From Spirochaetaceae bacterium (GTDB lineage: Bacteria; Spirochaetota; Spirochaetia; CADAEX01), in contig WRCW01000003.1 in assembly GCA_009783755.1 (NCBI GenBank), positions 1-35,634 of the forward strand: DNA of 35,634 bases, written 5' to 3'. The notes beneath the pieces were generated by a model, which did not search any database, was not told the DNA's origin, and saw nothing but the letters and a program-made list of their open reading frames with translations. This document shows, piece by piece, positions 8,818 to 19,122 of the stretch; within the stretch, counting starts at the first letter, position 1, and each line of letters begins with the position of its first letter. Made by a program: the position numbers and the translations under genes.

Positions 8818-10047
8818 TTGCCTGCTGATAATATATTGGTTGGACTTGATATTGGAACAACAAAAATATGCGCCGTAATTGGCGAGTATGATGAGAATGA
8901 TAAACTCGAAATCACAGGAATTGGCAAAGCTCCTTCAACAGGACTAAGGCAAGGAGTGGTGATTAATATCGAAGCTACGATGAAAGCTGTTACAGAAGCT
9001 ATTGAAGCTGCCGAGATGATGTCGGGCAGGGAAGTTTTTTCTGTAATTACCGGAATTGCAGGCGGTCATATCGAAGGGATCAACTCCCGCGGGGTTGTTG
9101 CTGTTGCCGGTAAAGGGCGTGAAATAGCTCCGGAAGACATTTCACGTGTTATTGATGCAGCTAAAGCTATTGTTATACCAATGGACAGGGAGGTGCTTCA
9201 TGTTATTCCACAGGAATTCATAGTTGATGATCAGGGTGGAATAAGAGATCCTCTTGGAATGATTGGAATAAGACTTGAATCAGAAGTTCATATAATAACA
9301 GGCTCAGTTACTTCTGCACAAAATTTAATAAAATGTGTAAACCGGGCAGGGTTCAGGGTTGATAATGTTGTTCTGCAATCGCTTGCTTCTTCAAAAGCTG
9401 TATTGCGGTCTGAAGAAAAAGAAATGGGAGTTTTGATGATAGATATTGGCGGCGGCACAACAGATGTCATAGTCAACTATGAAGGAGCCCCATATCATAC
9501 AGATGTTGTTCCAATTGGAGGAACCCAGATAACAAAAGATCTTTCCATTGTTTTAAAAATACCTTTTGATGTGGCTGAAAAAATAAAAGTAGAATCAGGA
9601 TGCTGTTATGCATCTCTAATTGATGAAGAAGAAGATCTTATTATTCCTGGTGTAGGCGGATGGCCTGCTGCGCCAATGCAAAGAAAAAAAATATGCGAAA
9701 TCATCCAGCCAAGAGTGGCTGAGATATTTATGATGGTAAAGAATAAGCTTGAAAGAAAAAATTATTTAAAATTCCTGAATAGCGGAATTGTTCTTACAGG
9801 AGGGGGCGCTCTCATGCCCGGAGTTACACAGCTTGCAGGTGAAATATTTAATCTCCCTGTAAGAATAGGATATCCAACAGGCTGCGGTGGTCTTGTCGAA
9901 GAATATAAAAATCCAATGTATTCAACAGCAGTTGGACTTGTAATGTTTACAGATGAGATGAGAGAAAAGTTTGATAAAAAAGCAACACTATCAAATGAAA
10001 CAAGTTTTAAGGAGAGAATTAAAAACTGGTTAAAAGAGTTTTTTTAA
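8818..10047 (+). CDS. ftsA: Cell division protein FtsA
   Basis: Motifs VGLDIGTTKI, IDIGGGTTD and GIVLTGGGA, plus the C-terminal amphipathic helix KNWLKEFF. TTG start with RBS GGAGGGG at 8804-8810. Confidence 0.97.
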   Translation: MPADNILVGLDIGTTKICAVIGEYDENDKLEITGIGKAPSTGLRQGVVINIEATMKAVTEAIEAAEMMSGREVFSVITGIAGGHIEGINSRGVVAVAGKGREIAPEDISRVIDAAKAIVIPMDREVLHVIPQEFIVDDQGGIRDPLGMIGIRLESEVHIITGSVTSAQNLIKCVNRAGFRVDNVVLQSLASSKAVLRSEEKEMGVLMIDIGGGTTDVIVNYEGAPYHTDVVPIGGTQITKDLSIVLKIPFDVAEKIKVESGCCYASLIDEEEDLIIPGVGGWPAAPMQRKKICEIIQPRVAEIFMMVKNKLERKNYLKFLNSGIVLTGGGALMPGVTQLAGEIFNLPVRIGYPTGCGGLVEEYKNPMYSTAVGLVMFTDEMREKFDKKATLSNETSFKERIKNWLKEFF

Positions 10048-10052
10048 TTAGC

Positions 10053-10141
10053 AGTCTTTAGGCTGGAAAATAGAAATACAATCCAGCTGTAAAGTCACTT
10101 GCCCGGTTGCACTCTGGGAGCTGGCTTTGCATAGCAGGACT
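10053..10141 (+). other. Predicted structured RNA element in the ftsA-ftsZ intergenic region
   Basis: GC-enriched stretch with complementary segments AGTCTT/AGGACT, GCTGGA/TCCAGC, GTAAAGTCA/TGGCTTTGC and CCCGG/CTGGG. No family recognised. Confidence 0.45.
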
Positions 10142-10177
10142 TGATATAAAAAATAGTATTTCACTTGGGAGGGGGAA

Positions 10178-11359
10178 ATGCAGATTACAGTTGTAGATGA
10201 AAGAAGTTATACTAATCCTACAGTAATTAGAGTTGTGGGAGTAGGTGGTGGCGGCAATAATGCTGTAAACAGAATGATTGAGAGCGGCTTAAGCAATGTT
10301 GAGTTTGTCGCTGTCAATACAGATGTCCAGGATCTTAATAAAAGCAAAGCAAAAACCAAAATAGCTATTGGTACCAAGCTTACAAATGGCCTTGGTGCTG
10401 GCGGGATCCCTGACGTTGGAGAAAAAGCTGCTATTGAGGATAAAGAAACAATAAAGAATGTTCTCAAAGGCGCTGATATGATTTTTATCACAGCGGGTAT
10501 GGGCGGCGGTACAGGAACTGGAGCAGCTCCGATAATTGCTTCAGTTGCAAAAGAACTTTCTATTTTAACAGTTGCAGTAGTTACCAAACCTTTTGCTCTT
10601 GAAGGAGAGAAAAAGAAAAGACTTGCTGACGAAGGTATTAAAAAGCTAAAAGAATCTGTTGATACTTTAATAACTATTCCAAATGAAAATCTTATGAAAA
10701 TTATTAACAGGAACACTCCATTTAAAGAAGCACTTCTTTATGCAGATGATGTTTTAAGACAGGGTGTCCAGGGAATTTCCGACCTTATTACAAAAGAAGG
10801 CGATATAAATATTGACTTCGCAGATGTAAAAACAATTATGAGTGGTCAGGGCGATGCAATGATGGGCATTGGTGTAGGACATGGTGAAAACAGGGCAATA
10901 CAGGCTGCTACAAGTGCTATCAGCAATCCTTTGCTCCAGGAAGAAAATTTTGAAGGGGCAAAAGGTATCCTTTTAAATATTACAGGCGGGCCTGATTTCT
11001 CGATTTCTGAATTCGATGAAATACTTAAGATAATAACTTCAACAGCAGACAGAGATGTTCTTACAATTACAGGCACAAGCAATGATGATGCTCTAAAAGA
11101 TGAAATAAAAGTTACTGTAATTGCAACAGGCTTCACTACGCAGGAGAAAAAGATCCATGAAGAAGTTCCTGTTCAATCAAATAATAAAAAAGAATTTATT
11201 TCTAATACTGAATGGAACATAATAAAAAAAGGTTTACTAACAAGAAGGGATGATAATTATTTAAGCGGGAGAAATTCCAGTTCATCTGATCTTGATATTC
11301 CTGCATTTTTTCGTGATTCCAGCAAGTTTACTCCAGATGTGACTTTTGGCAGTATATGA
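10178..11359 (+). CDS. ftsZ: Cell division GTPase FtsZ
   Basis: Motifs [18 protein letters not shown] and INIDFADVK, plus the C-terminal core peptide LDIPAFFR. Confidence 0.99.
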   Translation: MQITVVDERSYTNPTVIRVVGVGGGGNNAVNRMIESGLSNVEFVAVNTDVQDLNKSKAKTKIAIGTKLTNGLGAGGIPDVGEKAAIEDKETIKNVLKGADMIFITAGMGGGTGTGAAPIIASVAKELSILTVAVVTKPFALEGEKKKRLADEGIKKLKESVDTLITIPNENLMKIINRNTPFKEALLYADDVLRQGVQGISDLITKEGDINIDFADVKTIMSGQGDAMMGIGVGHGENRAIQAATSAISNPLLQEENFEGAKGILLNITGGPDFSISEFDEILKIITSTADRDVLTITGTSNDDALKDEIKVTVIATGFTTQEKKIHEEVPVQSNNKKEFISNTEWNIIKKGLLTRRDDNYLSGRNSSSSDLDIPAFFRDSSKFTPDVTFGSI

Positions 11360-11394
11360 GGAAAAGCAAATATAAAAGGTAAGGAGAAAAATAA

Positions 11395-12366
11395 TTGATT
11401 CCAGCAGTAATAGATAAAACCGTATTAAAAAAATATGAACAATATCTCAAAGCAGAATTAAATCTATCTCTCACAACAGTAAAATTTTATATTGATGAGG
11501 CTGATCTATTTACTGAATATCTGGAAAAAAATAATAAAACATATATTTCTGCAGAAGTATCAGATATAGAAAATTATATTATCAAGAGAAAAAACAGGAT
11601 AATGAAACTCTCTGATAGCGAAAACTGTAAAACAGGAAATAATATTATTAGTAGCCTAAAGGCAACTACCATTAATAAAGTTGCCTCTGGAATAAGATCT
11701 TTTTTTAAATTTTTATTGCTTGAGGATGTGCGGAGCGATAATCCTTCCAGGTTTATAAAAATGTCACGCAGAGGCAAAAAACTTCCTGATTTTCTTTCTG
11801 TAGAAGATATTGATACATTACTTGACAGTATTGATGTTTCAACGCACTCCGGGCTCAGGGATAGAGCTCTTTTTGAGCTGATTTATTCCTGTGGCCTAAG
11901 AATATCTGAAGCGTGTTCTCTAAAGTGCAGTAATATATTTAGCAATGATGGTGTTATTAAAGTTGTTGGAAAAGGAAACAAGCACAGAATAGTTCCTGAA
12001 GGGGATGCTGCAGAATATTGGCTTAAAAAATATATCAAAGAAGCAAGACCTTTGATGATTAAAAATAAAAGAACTGATTTTATTTTTTTAAATATCAAAG
12101 GGGAACCTATAAGCAGAAAAGGGGTATGGAAAAGATTTAAAGAGATTGCTATGGCATGCGGAATAGAAAGTCGGGTTCACACTTTAAGACACTCTTTTGC
12201 AACACATCTTATTACAGGAGGAGCAGATCTGCGCTCTGTACAGGAGATGCTTGGCCATACAGATATCTCGACAACTCAAATATATACTCATCTTGCAAGA
12301 AATGATCTTAAAGAGTGCCATAAACAATACCATCCTGAAGGGAAAAAAACAGGGGGAAAATTATGA
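11395..12366 (+). CDS. xerD: Tyrosine recombinase, XerD-like
   Basis: Complete catalytic set: [33 protein letters not shown] and TTQIYTH. GADLRSVQEMLGH is XerD-like. RBS AAGGAG with a TTG start. The C versus D assignment is from motif and position only. Confidence 0.85.
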   Translation: MIPAVIDKTVLKKYEQYLKAELNLSLTTVKFYIDEADLFTEYLEKNNKTYISAEVSDIENYIIKRKNRIMKLSDSENCKTGNNIISSLKATTINKVASGIRSFFKFLLLEDVRSDNPSRFIKMSRRGKKLPDFLSVEDIDTLLDSIDVSTHSGLRDRALFELIYSCGLRISEACSLKCSNIFSNDGVIKVVGKGNKHRIVPEGDAAEYWLKKYIKEARPLMIKNKRTDFIFLNIKGEPISRKGVWKRFKEIAMACGIESRVHTLRHSFATHLITGGADLRSVQEMLGHTDISTTQIYTHLARNDLKECHKQYHPEGKKTGGKL

Positions 12367-13076
12367 AAAAATTTATATTTCTATTTATAGCTCTATGTTT
12401 ATTTAGCTGTAATAAATCCGAAAAAGTTTTCTTTGCCAATATAAATGAAATGGATGAAGGTCACCTTACATCTGAGCAGATGAAAAAAAGGGAAAGGGAG
12501 TTAAAAGAGTCTATAAGAGAAAATAAAAATATACTTGAACAAAAAATCTCAACAGCAAGAAATCTTGCCGGATACCATAGAATGCTTGGTAAGCTTTATC
12601 TTGATAACAAAATGTTTCTTCTTGGAGCACAGGAATTTGAAGAAGCTATAAAGATCGATACTGAAAATCCTGTATTATATTATTATGCAGGATTATGCTA
12701 CGCAAGGTATGCAAAATCACTTGTAGATGAAACATTTCAATTAACTAACTTGCTATTAGCAGAAAAATATTATTTAAAAGCAATTGAGTATAATAATAAT
12801 TTTGCAAAAGCTCTCTATGCAGTTTCTGTGTTATATGTTTTTGAATTTGATCAACCTGATAAAGCTGCTTTTTATCTTGAACGTCTTCTTCAGACACAAA
12901 AAAGAGATGCTGAATCAATGTTTCTTCTTGCAAATGCATACATAAGATTAGGGCTTATGGATAAAGCTATTGCTCAATATGACAATATTATTAAAACTTC
13001 AATGAGTAGTGTTTATAAAAAACAGGCAGAAGAAAACAAAAGACAACTTCTGAATAGTGGATATGGACGGAATTAA
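12363..13076 (+). CDS. Tetratricopeptide-repeat lipoprotein
   Basis: Signal peptide MKKFIFLFIALCLFS-C (lipobox-like Cys16), a coiled coil, then several TPR-like repeats (LGKLY...FEEAIKID, YYYAGLCY, MFLLANAY...AIAQYDNI). Confidence 0.85.
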   Translation: MKKFIFLFIALCLFSCNKSEKVFFANINEMDEGHLTSEQMKKRERELKESIRENKNILEQKISTARNLAGYHRMLGKLYLDNKMFLLGAQEFEEAIKIDTENPVLYYYAGLCYARYAKSLVDETFQLTNLLLAEKYYLKAIEYNNNFAKALYAVSVLYVFEFDQPDKAAFYLERLLQTQKRDAESMFLLANAYIRLGLMDKAIAQYDNIIKTSMSSVYKKQAEENKRQLLNSGYGRN

Positions 13077-13080
13077 TAGA

Positions 13081-14085
13081 ATGGAAGGAATTAAATTATT
13101 ATCTCTTTTTATCTCAAATTTAAAAGCGATAGGAAAGAGTCAAAAAATTAAAATTCTTAAACTGATCTCGGAGAGTGTTGATTTAAAATCAATGGATATA
13201 GATTCTCCAGGAGATATTGCTTCAATTGTAAAATATTTTTTTGCTATGGATAAAAAAACAATAGATGATAATATTTCACAGACTTTTTCTATAGCTGAAA
13301 ATTGTTATAGTAAAAATATTGAGATTATTACCTTTCTTGATAGCACTTATCCTTCTCTTTTAAAAGAGATATATGATCCGCCTGTTGTTTTATATTTAAA
13401 AGGGTGTGCAGAAAAACTTGCTTTACCTTCGATTTCTGTAGTGGGTACAAGATCTGCAACAGGAAAAGCATTAAGAGCTGCATTTGAAACAGCATTTTAT
13501 CTTTCTCTTAATAACATTGCAGTAATATCCGGGCTTGCAATTGGAATCGATAATGAAGCGCATAAAGGAAGCATTAGCGCTGGCGGTGCTACAGTTGCTG
13601 TTATGGGATGTGGCCTTGATAAAATTTATCCTGTATCAAACAGGAAAACAGCATTTGAAATAATTGAGTCCGGAGGGATCCTTATAAGCGAGTATCAGCC
13701 TGGGATCAATCCGCTTAAATACCACTTTCCAGAGAGAAACAGGATTATAAGCGGGCTTTCATCAGCATCAATAATTATTCAGGCTCCAAAAAAATCTGGA
13801 GCTTTGATTACTGCTGATTATGCGCTTGATCACGGAAGGGATGTTTTTGTACATGAAGCAGGTCTTTCCTCTCCTTTTGGAGATGGAGGAATGGCTCTTG
13901 TTTCTGAAGGCGCTATGTTATTTTCAAATCCTTGCGAGATAGGGAAGTATTATGGTTTTGATTTTTCAGATAGCTATATAGATAATAAATCTTTTTACAA
14001 TAATGTAAAAAATATTGAAGATGAAATAAATGGTTATGTAGTTAACTATAAGGGTGTTTCATACAGGAGAGCCAAATATGCCTAA
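13081..14085 (+). CDS. dprA: DNA-processing protein DprA/Smf
   Basis: Motifs YPSLLKEIYDPP, VVGTR, ISGLAIGID, FPERNRIISGLS and SGALITA. The start is uncertain (13057, 13063 or 13081). Confidence 0.93.
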   Translation: MEGIKLLSLFISNLKAIGKSQKIKILKLISESVDLKSMDIDSPGDIASIVKYFFAMDKKTIDDNISQTFSIAENCYSKNIEIITFLDSTYPSLLKEIYDPPVVLYLKGCAEKLALPSISVVGTRSATGKALRAAFETAFYLSLNNIAVISGLAIGIDNEAHKGSISAGGATVAVMGCGLDKIYPVSNRKTAFEIIESGGILISEYQPGINPLKYHFPERNRIISGLSSASIIIQAPKKSGALITADYALDHGRDVFVHEAGLSSPFGDGGMALVSEGAMLFSNPCEIGKYYGFDFSDSYIDNKSFYNNVKNIEDEINGYVVNYKGVSYRRAKYA

Positions 14086-16192
14086 AAGTGTTGCAGAGAA
14101 AAATAAAAAACAAAATACTTTACTCATTGTTGAATCTCCTGCAAAAGCCAAAACTATTGAACGTTATCTTGGTAGTGGCTATTCTGTTGCAGCTTCTATA
14201 GGACATTTGATTGATCTTCCAAAATCAAGGGTTGCAATAGATGTAGATAATAATTTTGAACCTGAATATATTACAGTTCGTGGAAAGGCAAAAATATTAA
14301 AAGAGCTTACAAGTAAAGCTGCAAAGGCAGGCAATATTCTTCTTGCCTCTGATAATGACAGGGAAGGGGAGGCAATATCTTATCATCTTAAAGTATTTCT
14401 TGAAAAGAAAAATATTAGTTCAAAAATCGAAAGAATTATTTTTAATGAGATTACCCCTGCTGCCATAAAAGAAGCTATAGGCTCTCCTTTGGAAATTGAT
14501 ATAGGTAAGGTCAATGCCCAAAAAGCAAGAAGAGTGCTTGACCGCATTGTGGGCTATAATATTTCACCACTTCTGTGGAAAAAAGTTAAAAATGGACTAT
14601 CAGCCGGAAGAGTACAGTCTGTAGCATTAAGACTTGTATGCGAACGGGAAAAAGAGGTTGAGGATTTTGTTTCTGAAGAGTACTGGTCTCTAAGTGCAGA
14701 TTTAAAAAAAGGAAAACATAATTTTTCTGTTCAGCTTTTTCTCAATAAAAATGAAAAACCAAACTTTTCTGATAAAAAATCTGTAGATCTATTAATAAAT
14801 GAACTTGCTGGAAAGAATTTTATAGTTAAAGAAATTAAAAAGAGTGAAAAGAGAAGCCAGCCAAGACCTCCATATACTACATCAAAGCTCCAGCAGGATG
14901 CTGCAAACAGGCTTGGGTATACATCAAGAAAAACCATGCAGATAGCGCAGCAACTTTATGAAGGTATTAATATTGGATCTGGAAGAGTTGGTCTTATTAC
15001 ATACATGAGAACTGACTCAACAAGAATATCCAAACAGGCTATTGAAGATGTAAGGAAATTTATTCAGGAGAACTATCCCAATGAACTGCCGGAAAATCCA
15101 ATTGATTATTCACCTTCAAAGCAGGCTCAGGATGCGCATGAAGCAATAAGACCAACATATTCACACTATACGCCAGATTATGTAAAAGAGTATCTTACAA
15201 AAGATCAGCTTAAGCTTTACTCAATAATATGGGAGAGATTTGTCTCTTCCCAAATGAAAAATGCAGTTACTGAAACTACAACAGTTGATATAGAGTGCGG
15301 AGAAGCCCTTTTTAGGACAAATATGACAAAAGTTAAAGAGAAAGGGTATCAAAAAGTTTTAAAAGTACTTGCAATAAAAGAAAAGACAGAAAAAATACCT
15401 TCTCTGAAAACCGGAGATATTTTAGAGCTTATTGAATTCAAACCAGAGCAGCACTTTACCCAGGGGCCTCCAAGGTATACAGATGCAAGCATTGTAAAAG
15501 CTCTGGAAGAAAAAGGGATAGGAAGACCCTCTACTTATGCTCCTATTATTTCTCTTCTTATAGACAGACACTATGTTGCAAGAAAAAACAGGCAGCTTAT
15601 CCCAAATCTGCTTGGAAAAATCATAAATGAAATACTTATTAACTCTTTCAATAATATATTTGATGTAAACTTTACTGCTGAAATGGAAAGAAAACTTGAT
15701 GAAGTTGAAGAGAGTAAAGAAAACTGGTATGTGATGATTGGGGAATTCTATGCTCCGTTTAAGAAACAGCTTGACCATGTCATGGAAACGCTTGAATCAA
15801 TAAAAGGGGTTATGGATGAAAAAACAGAGTATGTATGTGAAAAATGCGGCAAAACAATGATGAAAAAACTGGGCAGATTTGGTTATTTTCTTGCATGCTC
15901 AGGATTTCCAGAGTGTAAAACTACTAAATCGATTCCTCTAGCAGATTGTCCAAAGCATGGATGCGGCGGCAAAATTGTTGCAAGAAAAAAACAGGGAGGA
16001 AAGGGAAAAGAGTTTTATGGTTGCACCAACTATCCTGAATGCGATTTTATCAGCCATCTGAAACCATCATCAAAAATATGTTCTGAATGCGGATATTTTA
16101 TGGTTGAAAAGTATGGGAAGGAGAGAGGCACATATTATTCCTGCTCCAACAATAGTTGTAAAAATTCTAAAAATACAGGTGAAGAAGAGTGA
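14078..16192 (+). CDS. topA: DNA topoisomerase I (type IA)
   Basis: TOPRIM motifs IVESPAKAK and SDNDREGE, SAGRVQS, active site LITYMRTDS and C-terminal Zn-ribbon repeats. Start set at ATG 14078 with RBS AGGAG at 14065-14069. Confidence 0.97.
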   Translation: MPKSVAEKNKKQNTLLIVESPAKAKTIERYLGSGYSVAASIGHLIDLPKSRVAIDVDNNFEPEYITVRGKAKILKELTSKAAKAGNILLASDNDREGEAISYHLKVFLEKKNISSKIERIIFNEITPAAIKEAIGSPLEIDIGKVNAQKARRVLDRIVGYNISPLLWKKVKNGLSAGRVQSVALRLVCEREKEVEDFVSEEYWSLSADLKKGKHNFSVQLFLNKNEKPNFSDKKSVDLLINELAGKNFIVKEIKKSEKRSQPRPPYTTSKLQQDAANRLGYTSRKTMQIAQQLYEGINIGSGRVGLITYMRTDSTRISKQAIEDVRKFIQENYPNELPENPIDYSPSKQAQDAHEAIRPTYSHYTPDYVKEYLTKDQLKLYSIIWERFVSSQMKNAVTETTTVDIECGEALFRTNMTKVKEKGYQKVLKVLAIKEKTEKIPSLKTGDILELIEFKPEQHFTQGPPRYTDASIVKALEEKGIGRPSTYAPIISLLIDRHYVARKNRQLIPNLLGKIINEILINSFNNIFDVNFTAEMERKLDEVEESKENWYVMIGEFYAPFKKQLDHVMETLESIKGVMDEKTEYVCEKCGKTMMKKLGRFGYFLACSGFPECKTTKSIPLADCPKHGCGGKIVARKKQGGKGKEFYGCTNYPECDFISHLKPSSKICSECGYFMVEKYGKERGTYYSCSNNSCKNSKNTGEEE

Positions 16193-17139
16193 TTAACGAA
16201 TTTATATCTTATATAAGCGATATTCAAAATCTCTCAGCAGCAACTATTAAAGCTTATTCAATAGATATATCTCAATTTGGAGATTATATTAAAGATCAAA
16301 ATATAGACATTTATAATCCTGATAAAAATACAGGAAGAGCTTATGTTGTTCACTTAAAGGATTCAGGATTAGATCCTTCTTCCATAAACAGGAAAGTTAT
16401 TGCTTTAAGAGGATTTTATGATTTTGCTGTTAAGACAAAAAAAGTTTTATTTAACCCTTTTGAAAGAGTAAAAAGTTTAAGACAGGAAAACACTCTTCCG
16501 GAATATTTTCAATACGAAGAGATAGAAAAAATAAGAGAAGCAGCAGGGCAAAGCAGCAGGGAGTTTATACCATATAGAGATCAGGCAATTGTTGATTTTC
16601 TCTATTCAACAGGCTGCAGAATATCAGAAACAGTAACTCTTGATACAGATATGCTTGATATGTATAACGGGACTGCTATGGTTTGCGGTAAAGGAAATAA
16701 AGAACGGATAGTATATTTGGGCGATAAAGCTTTGAAATCACTAAAAGAGTATTTTCAGGCTCTTGGTTATTTTATAGATCTATCTTGCCATAGACTTAAA
16801 AAAGGGTTGCCTGTTTTTGTTAATTTAGCAAAAAAAAGAATAACAGAAAGAGGAATATTTTATCTTATCAATAAGATGGCTGATAATGCTGATATTAAAA
16901 AGCGGGTTTCTCCGCATGTATACAGGCACTCTTTTGCAACACACTTGATCGAAGAAGGGGCTGATATAAGGTATGTTCAGGAGATGCTTGGTCATGAGAG
17001 TCTTTCAACTACCCAGGTGTATACACATGTAGGAATTGGAAGGCTTAAACAGGTTTATCGCATGGCGCATCCGCATGGCAGTTTAAACAATGAAAAGAAA
17101 GAAGATCAGAGAAAAAAGTTAAGGAGTATTAAAAACTAA
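16189..17139 (+). CDS. xerC: Tyrosine recombinase, XerC-like
   Basis: Motifs [35 protein letters not shown] and TTQVYTH, in the classic topA-xerC-hslV-hslU context. Confidence 0.88.
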   Translation: MINEFISYISDIQNLSAATIKAYSIDISQFGDYIKDQNIDIYNPDKNTGRAYVVHLKDSGLDPSSINRKVIALRGFYDFAVKTKKVLFNPFERVKSLRQENTLPEYFQYEEIEKIREAAGQSSREFIPYRDQAIVDFLYSTGCRISETVTLDTDMLDMYNGTAMVCGKGNKERIVYLGDKALKSLKEYFQALGYFIDLSCHRLKKGLPVFVNLAKKRITERGIFYLINKMADNADIKKRVSPHVYRHSFATHLIEEGADIRYVQEMLGHESLSTTQVYTHVGIGRLKQVYRMAHPHGSLNNEKKEDQRKKLRSIKN

Positions 17140-17675
17140 TGAAAGTAAGAAGCACTACAGTTCTTGCTGTAAAAAAAGATGGAAATGTTGCAATGGCTGC
17201 TGACGGGCAGGTAACTTTTGGAAATACTGTTATGAAAGGAAATGCTAAAAAAGTAAGAAAAATATATGATGGAAAAATTATAGTAGGATTTGCAGGAGCA
17301 ACTGCAGATGCTTTTACGCTTTTTGAGAAATTCGAAGCAAAAGTAAAAGAATATAAAGCGGATATTACACGAGCTGCTGTAGAACTCGCAAAAGATTGGA
17401 GAACAGACAGAATATTAAGAAGACTCGAAGCCATGTTATTGGTAGCAGATAAAGAAAAAATACTTCTTATTTCAGGTACCGGAGATGTTGTGGAACCAGA
17501 AGAAGGGGTAATAGGGATAGGTTCCGGAGCTAATTATGCATATTCTGCTGCGCTTGCTTATCTTGATTGTTCTGCCCTTACTGCAGGTGAGATAGCATTG
17601 AAATCACTTAAAATTGCTGCCAAGGTTTGTATATATACAAATGATAATTTTATACTGGAGGAAATCAATGCTTGA
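17139..17675 (+). CDS. hslV: ATP-dependent protease peptidase subunit HslV (ClpQ)
   Basis: Motifs STTVLAV (Thr nucleophile), [28 protein letters not shown] and IGSGA. Confidence 0.97.
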   Translation: MKVRSTTVLAVKKDGNVAMAADGQVTFGNTVMKGNAKKVRKIYDGKIIVGFAGATADAFTLFEKFEAKVKEYKADITRAAVELAKDWRTDRILRRLEAMLLVADKEKILLISGTGDVVEPEEGVIGIGSGANYAYSAALAYLDCSALTAGEIALKSLKIAAKVCIYTNDNFILEEINA

Positions 17676-19056
17676 ACTTGAAGAGCTTTCTCCAAAACAA
17701 ATTGTTGTTGAACTTGATAAATATATAATTGGTCAGAAAAAAGCAAAAAAAGCAGTTGCTATTGCGCTTCGTAATCGCGTAAGAAGGCAAAAGCTTGATC
17801 AAGCAATGAGAGAAGAAGTAGCTCCTAAAAATATTATTATGATAGGACCTACAGGAGTTGGAAAAACAGAAATAGCAAAAAGGTTATCGAAGTTATGCGG
17901 CGCTCCATTTTTAAAAGTAGAAGCAACAAAATATACAGAAGTAGGATATGTAGGCCGTGATGTTGAATCAATGGTAAGAGATCTTATGAATGTTGCAATA
18001 AATATGGTAAAAGCTGAGATGAGGGAACAAGTTATAAAAGAAGCAGAGGAGAGAACAGAAGATATAATTCTTGATTTTCTTCTCCCAGGAGCAAAAACCA
18101 AACCGCAGCAACCGCAACCTGATCAAATAAATCAGGGAGCTATTCCTCTTCCGGAAGTTATTGATGAAAGAACAATATCAACGCGCGAGAAATTCAGGGA
18201 TATGCTTAAAAAAGGGATGTTTGAAGATAAAGAAATTGATGTCAATGTGTCAAAAAAAGCAATGCCTGCATTTGAAATATTTTCAGGATCAAATTTCGAA
18301 GAAATGGATTTGAATCTTGGAGGAATTGCTGGTATTTTTGGCAACAATAAAAAGAAAAAAAGAAAAATGACTATAAAAAATGCAAGAGAAGTGATTCTCA
18401 ATGAAGAAATAGACAAGTTGATTGATACAGATAAAGCTGCTGATATTGCAAAAGAGCGAGTACAGGAGATGGGGATAATATTTATCGATGAAATTGACAA
18501 GGTTGCAGGAAAAGAAAACCGAAGCGGAGGCGTAGATGTATCCCGTGAAGGTGTACAGCGCGATCTTTTGCCTATAGTTGAAGGGAGTAAGGTAAATACA
18601 AAATATGGAATGATAGATACAGCGCATATACTTTTTATTGCAGCCGGAGCTTTTCATATGAGCAAACCTTCTGATCTTATTCCTGAACTTCAGGGAAGAT
18701 TTCCAATAAGAGTAGAACTTGAGGCTCTTGGGGCAGAAGATTTTGAAAGAATCCTTACTCAGCCTGAAAATGCTCTTATTAAACAATATAAAGAACTTTT
18801 AAAAACAGAAGAGATAACTCTTGAATTTACAGATGATGCTGTTAAAAGACTTTCTTATCTTGCTCAGGAAGTTAACTCAAAAACAGAAAATATAGGAGCA
18901 AGAAGGCTTCATACAGTAATGGAGTTCCTGCTTGAAGATGTTTCTTTCGAAGCAAGTGAATTAAAAGGGCAGACAATCAGTATAACACCTGAATATATCA
19001 ATGAAAAACTTGGAAATATTATCGAAGATCAGGATTTAAGCAGGTACATTTTATGA
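17668..19056 (+). CDS. hslU: ATP-dependent protease ATPase subunit HslU (ClpY)
   Basis: Motifs [12 protein letters not shown] pore loop, [15 protein letters not shown] and C-terminal DLSRYIL. Start set at ATG 17668 with RBS GGAGG at 17657-17661. Confidence 0.97.
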   Translation: MLELEELSPKQIVVELDKYIIGQKKAKKAVAIALRNRVRRQKLDQAMREEVAPKNIIMIGPTGVGKTEIAKRLSKLCGAPFLKVEATKYTEVGYVGRDVESMVRDLMNVAINMVKAEMREQVIKEAEERTEDIILDFLLPGAKTKPQQPQPDQINQGAIPLPEVIDERTISTREKFRDMLKKGMFEDKEIDVNVSKKAMPAFEIFSGSNFEEMDLNLGGIAGIFGNNKKKKRKMTIKNAREVILNEEIDKLIDTDKAADIAKERVQEMGIIFIDEIDKVAGKENRSGGVDVSREGVQRDLLPIVEGSKVNTKYGMIDTAHILFIAAGAFHMSKPSDLIPELQGRFPIRVELEALGAEDFERILTQPENALIKQYKELLKTEEITLEFTDDAVKRLSYLAQEVNSKTENIGARRLHTVMEFLLEDVSFEASELKGQTISITPEYINEKLGNIIEDQDLSRYIL

Positions 19057-19062
19057 AAAATC

Positions 19063-19089
19063 TAATGGGAAGGGATTATAACCCGATAT
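19063..19089 (+). promoter_or_regulatory. sigma28 (FliA)-type promoter upstream of flgB
   Basis: TAAT (19063-19066), 15-nt spacer, CCCGATAT (19082-19089), compared with the consensus TAAA-N15-GCCGATAA/T. Confidence 0.65.
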
Positions 19090-19122
19090 TTAGAGTAAGG
19101 TCTATTTTAAAAGGGGCAAGTT

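Noticed and set aside
10053-10141. Identification of the ftsA-ftsZ element as a c-di-GMP-I riboswitch, SECIS or tRNA
   Set aside because: The resemblance is superficial (GAAA loop, TTGCAC). It lacks the GGCAAA...ACGCAAA core and tetraloop receptor, has no in-frame UGA context, and has no D or T arms.
11395-17139. Two tyrosine recombinases flanking TPR-dprA-topA as a possible integrated element or invertible cassette
   Set aside because: Both look like housekeeping XerD and XerC, they overlap core genes, and the context is conserved. No att-like repeats, cargo genes or compositional shift were seen.
18095-18150. PQQPQPDQ repeat in HslU
   Set aside because: It falls in the known hypervariable I-domain linker.
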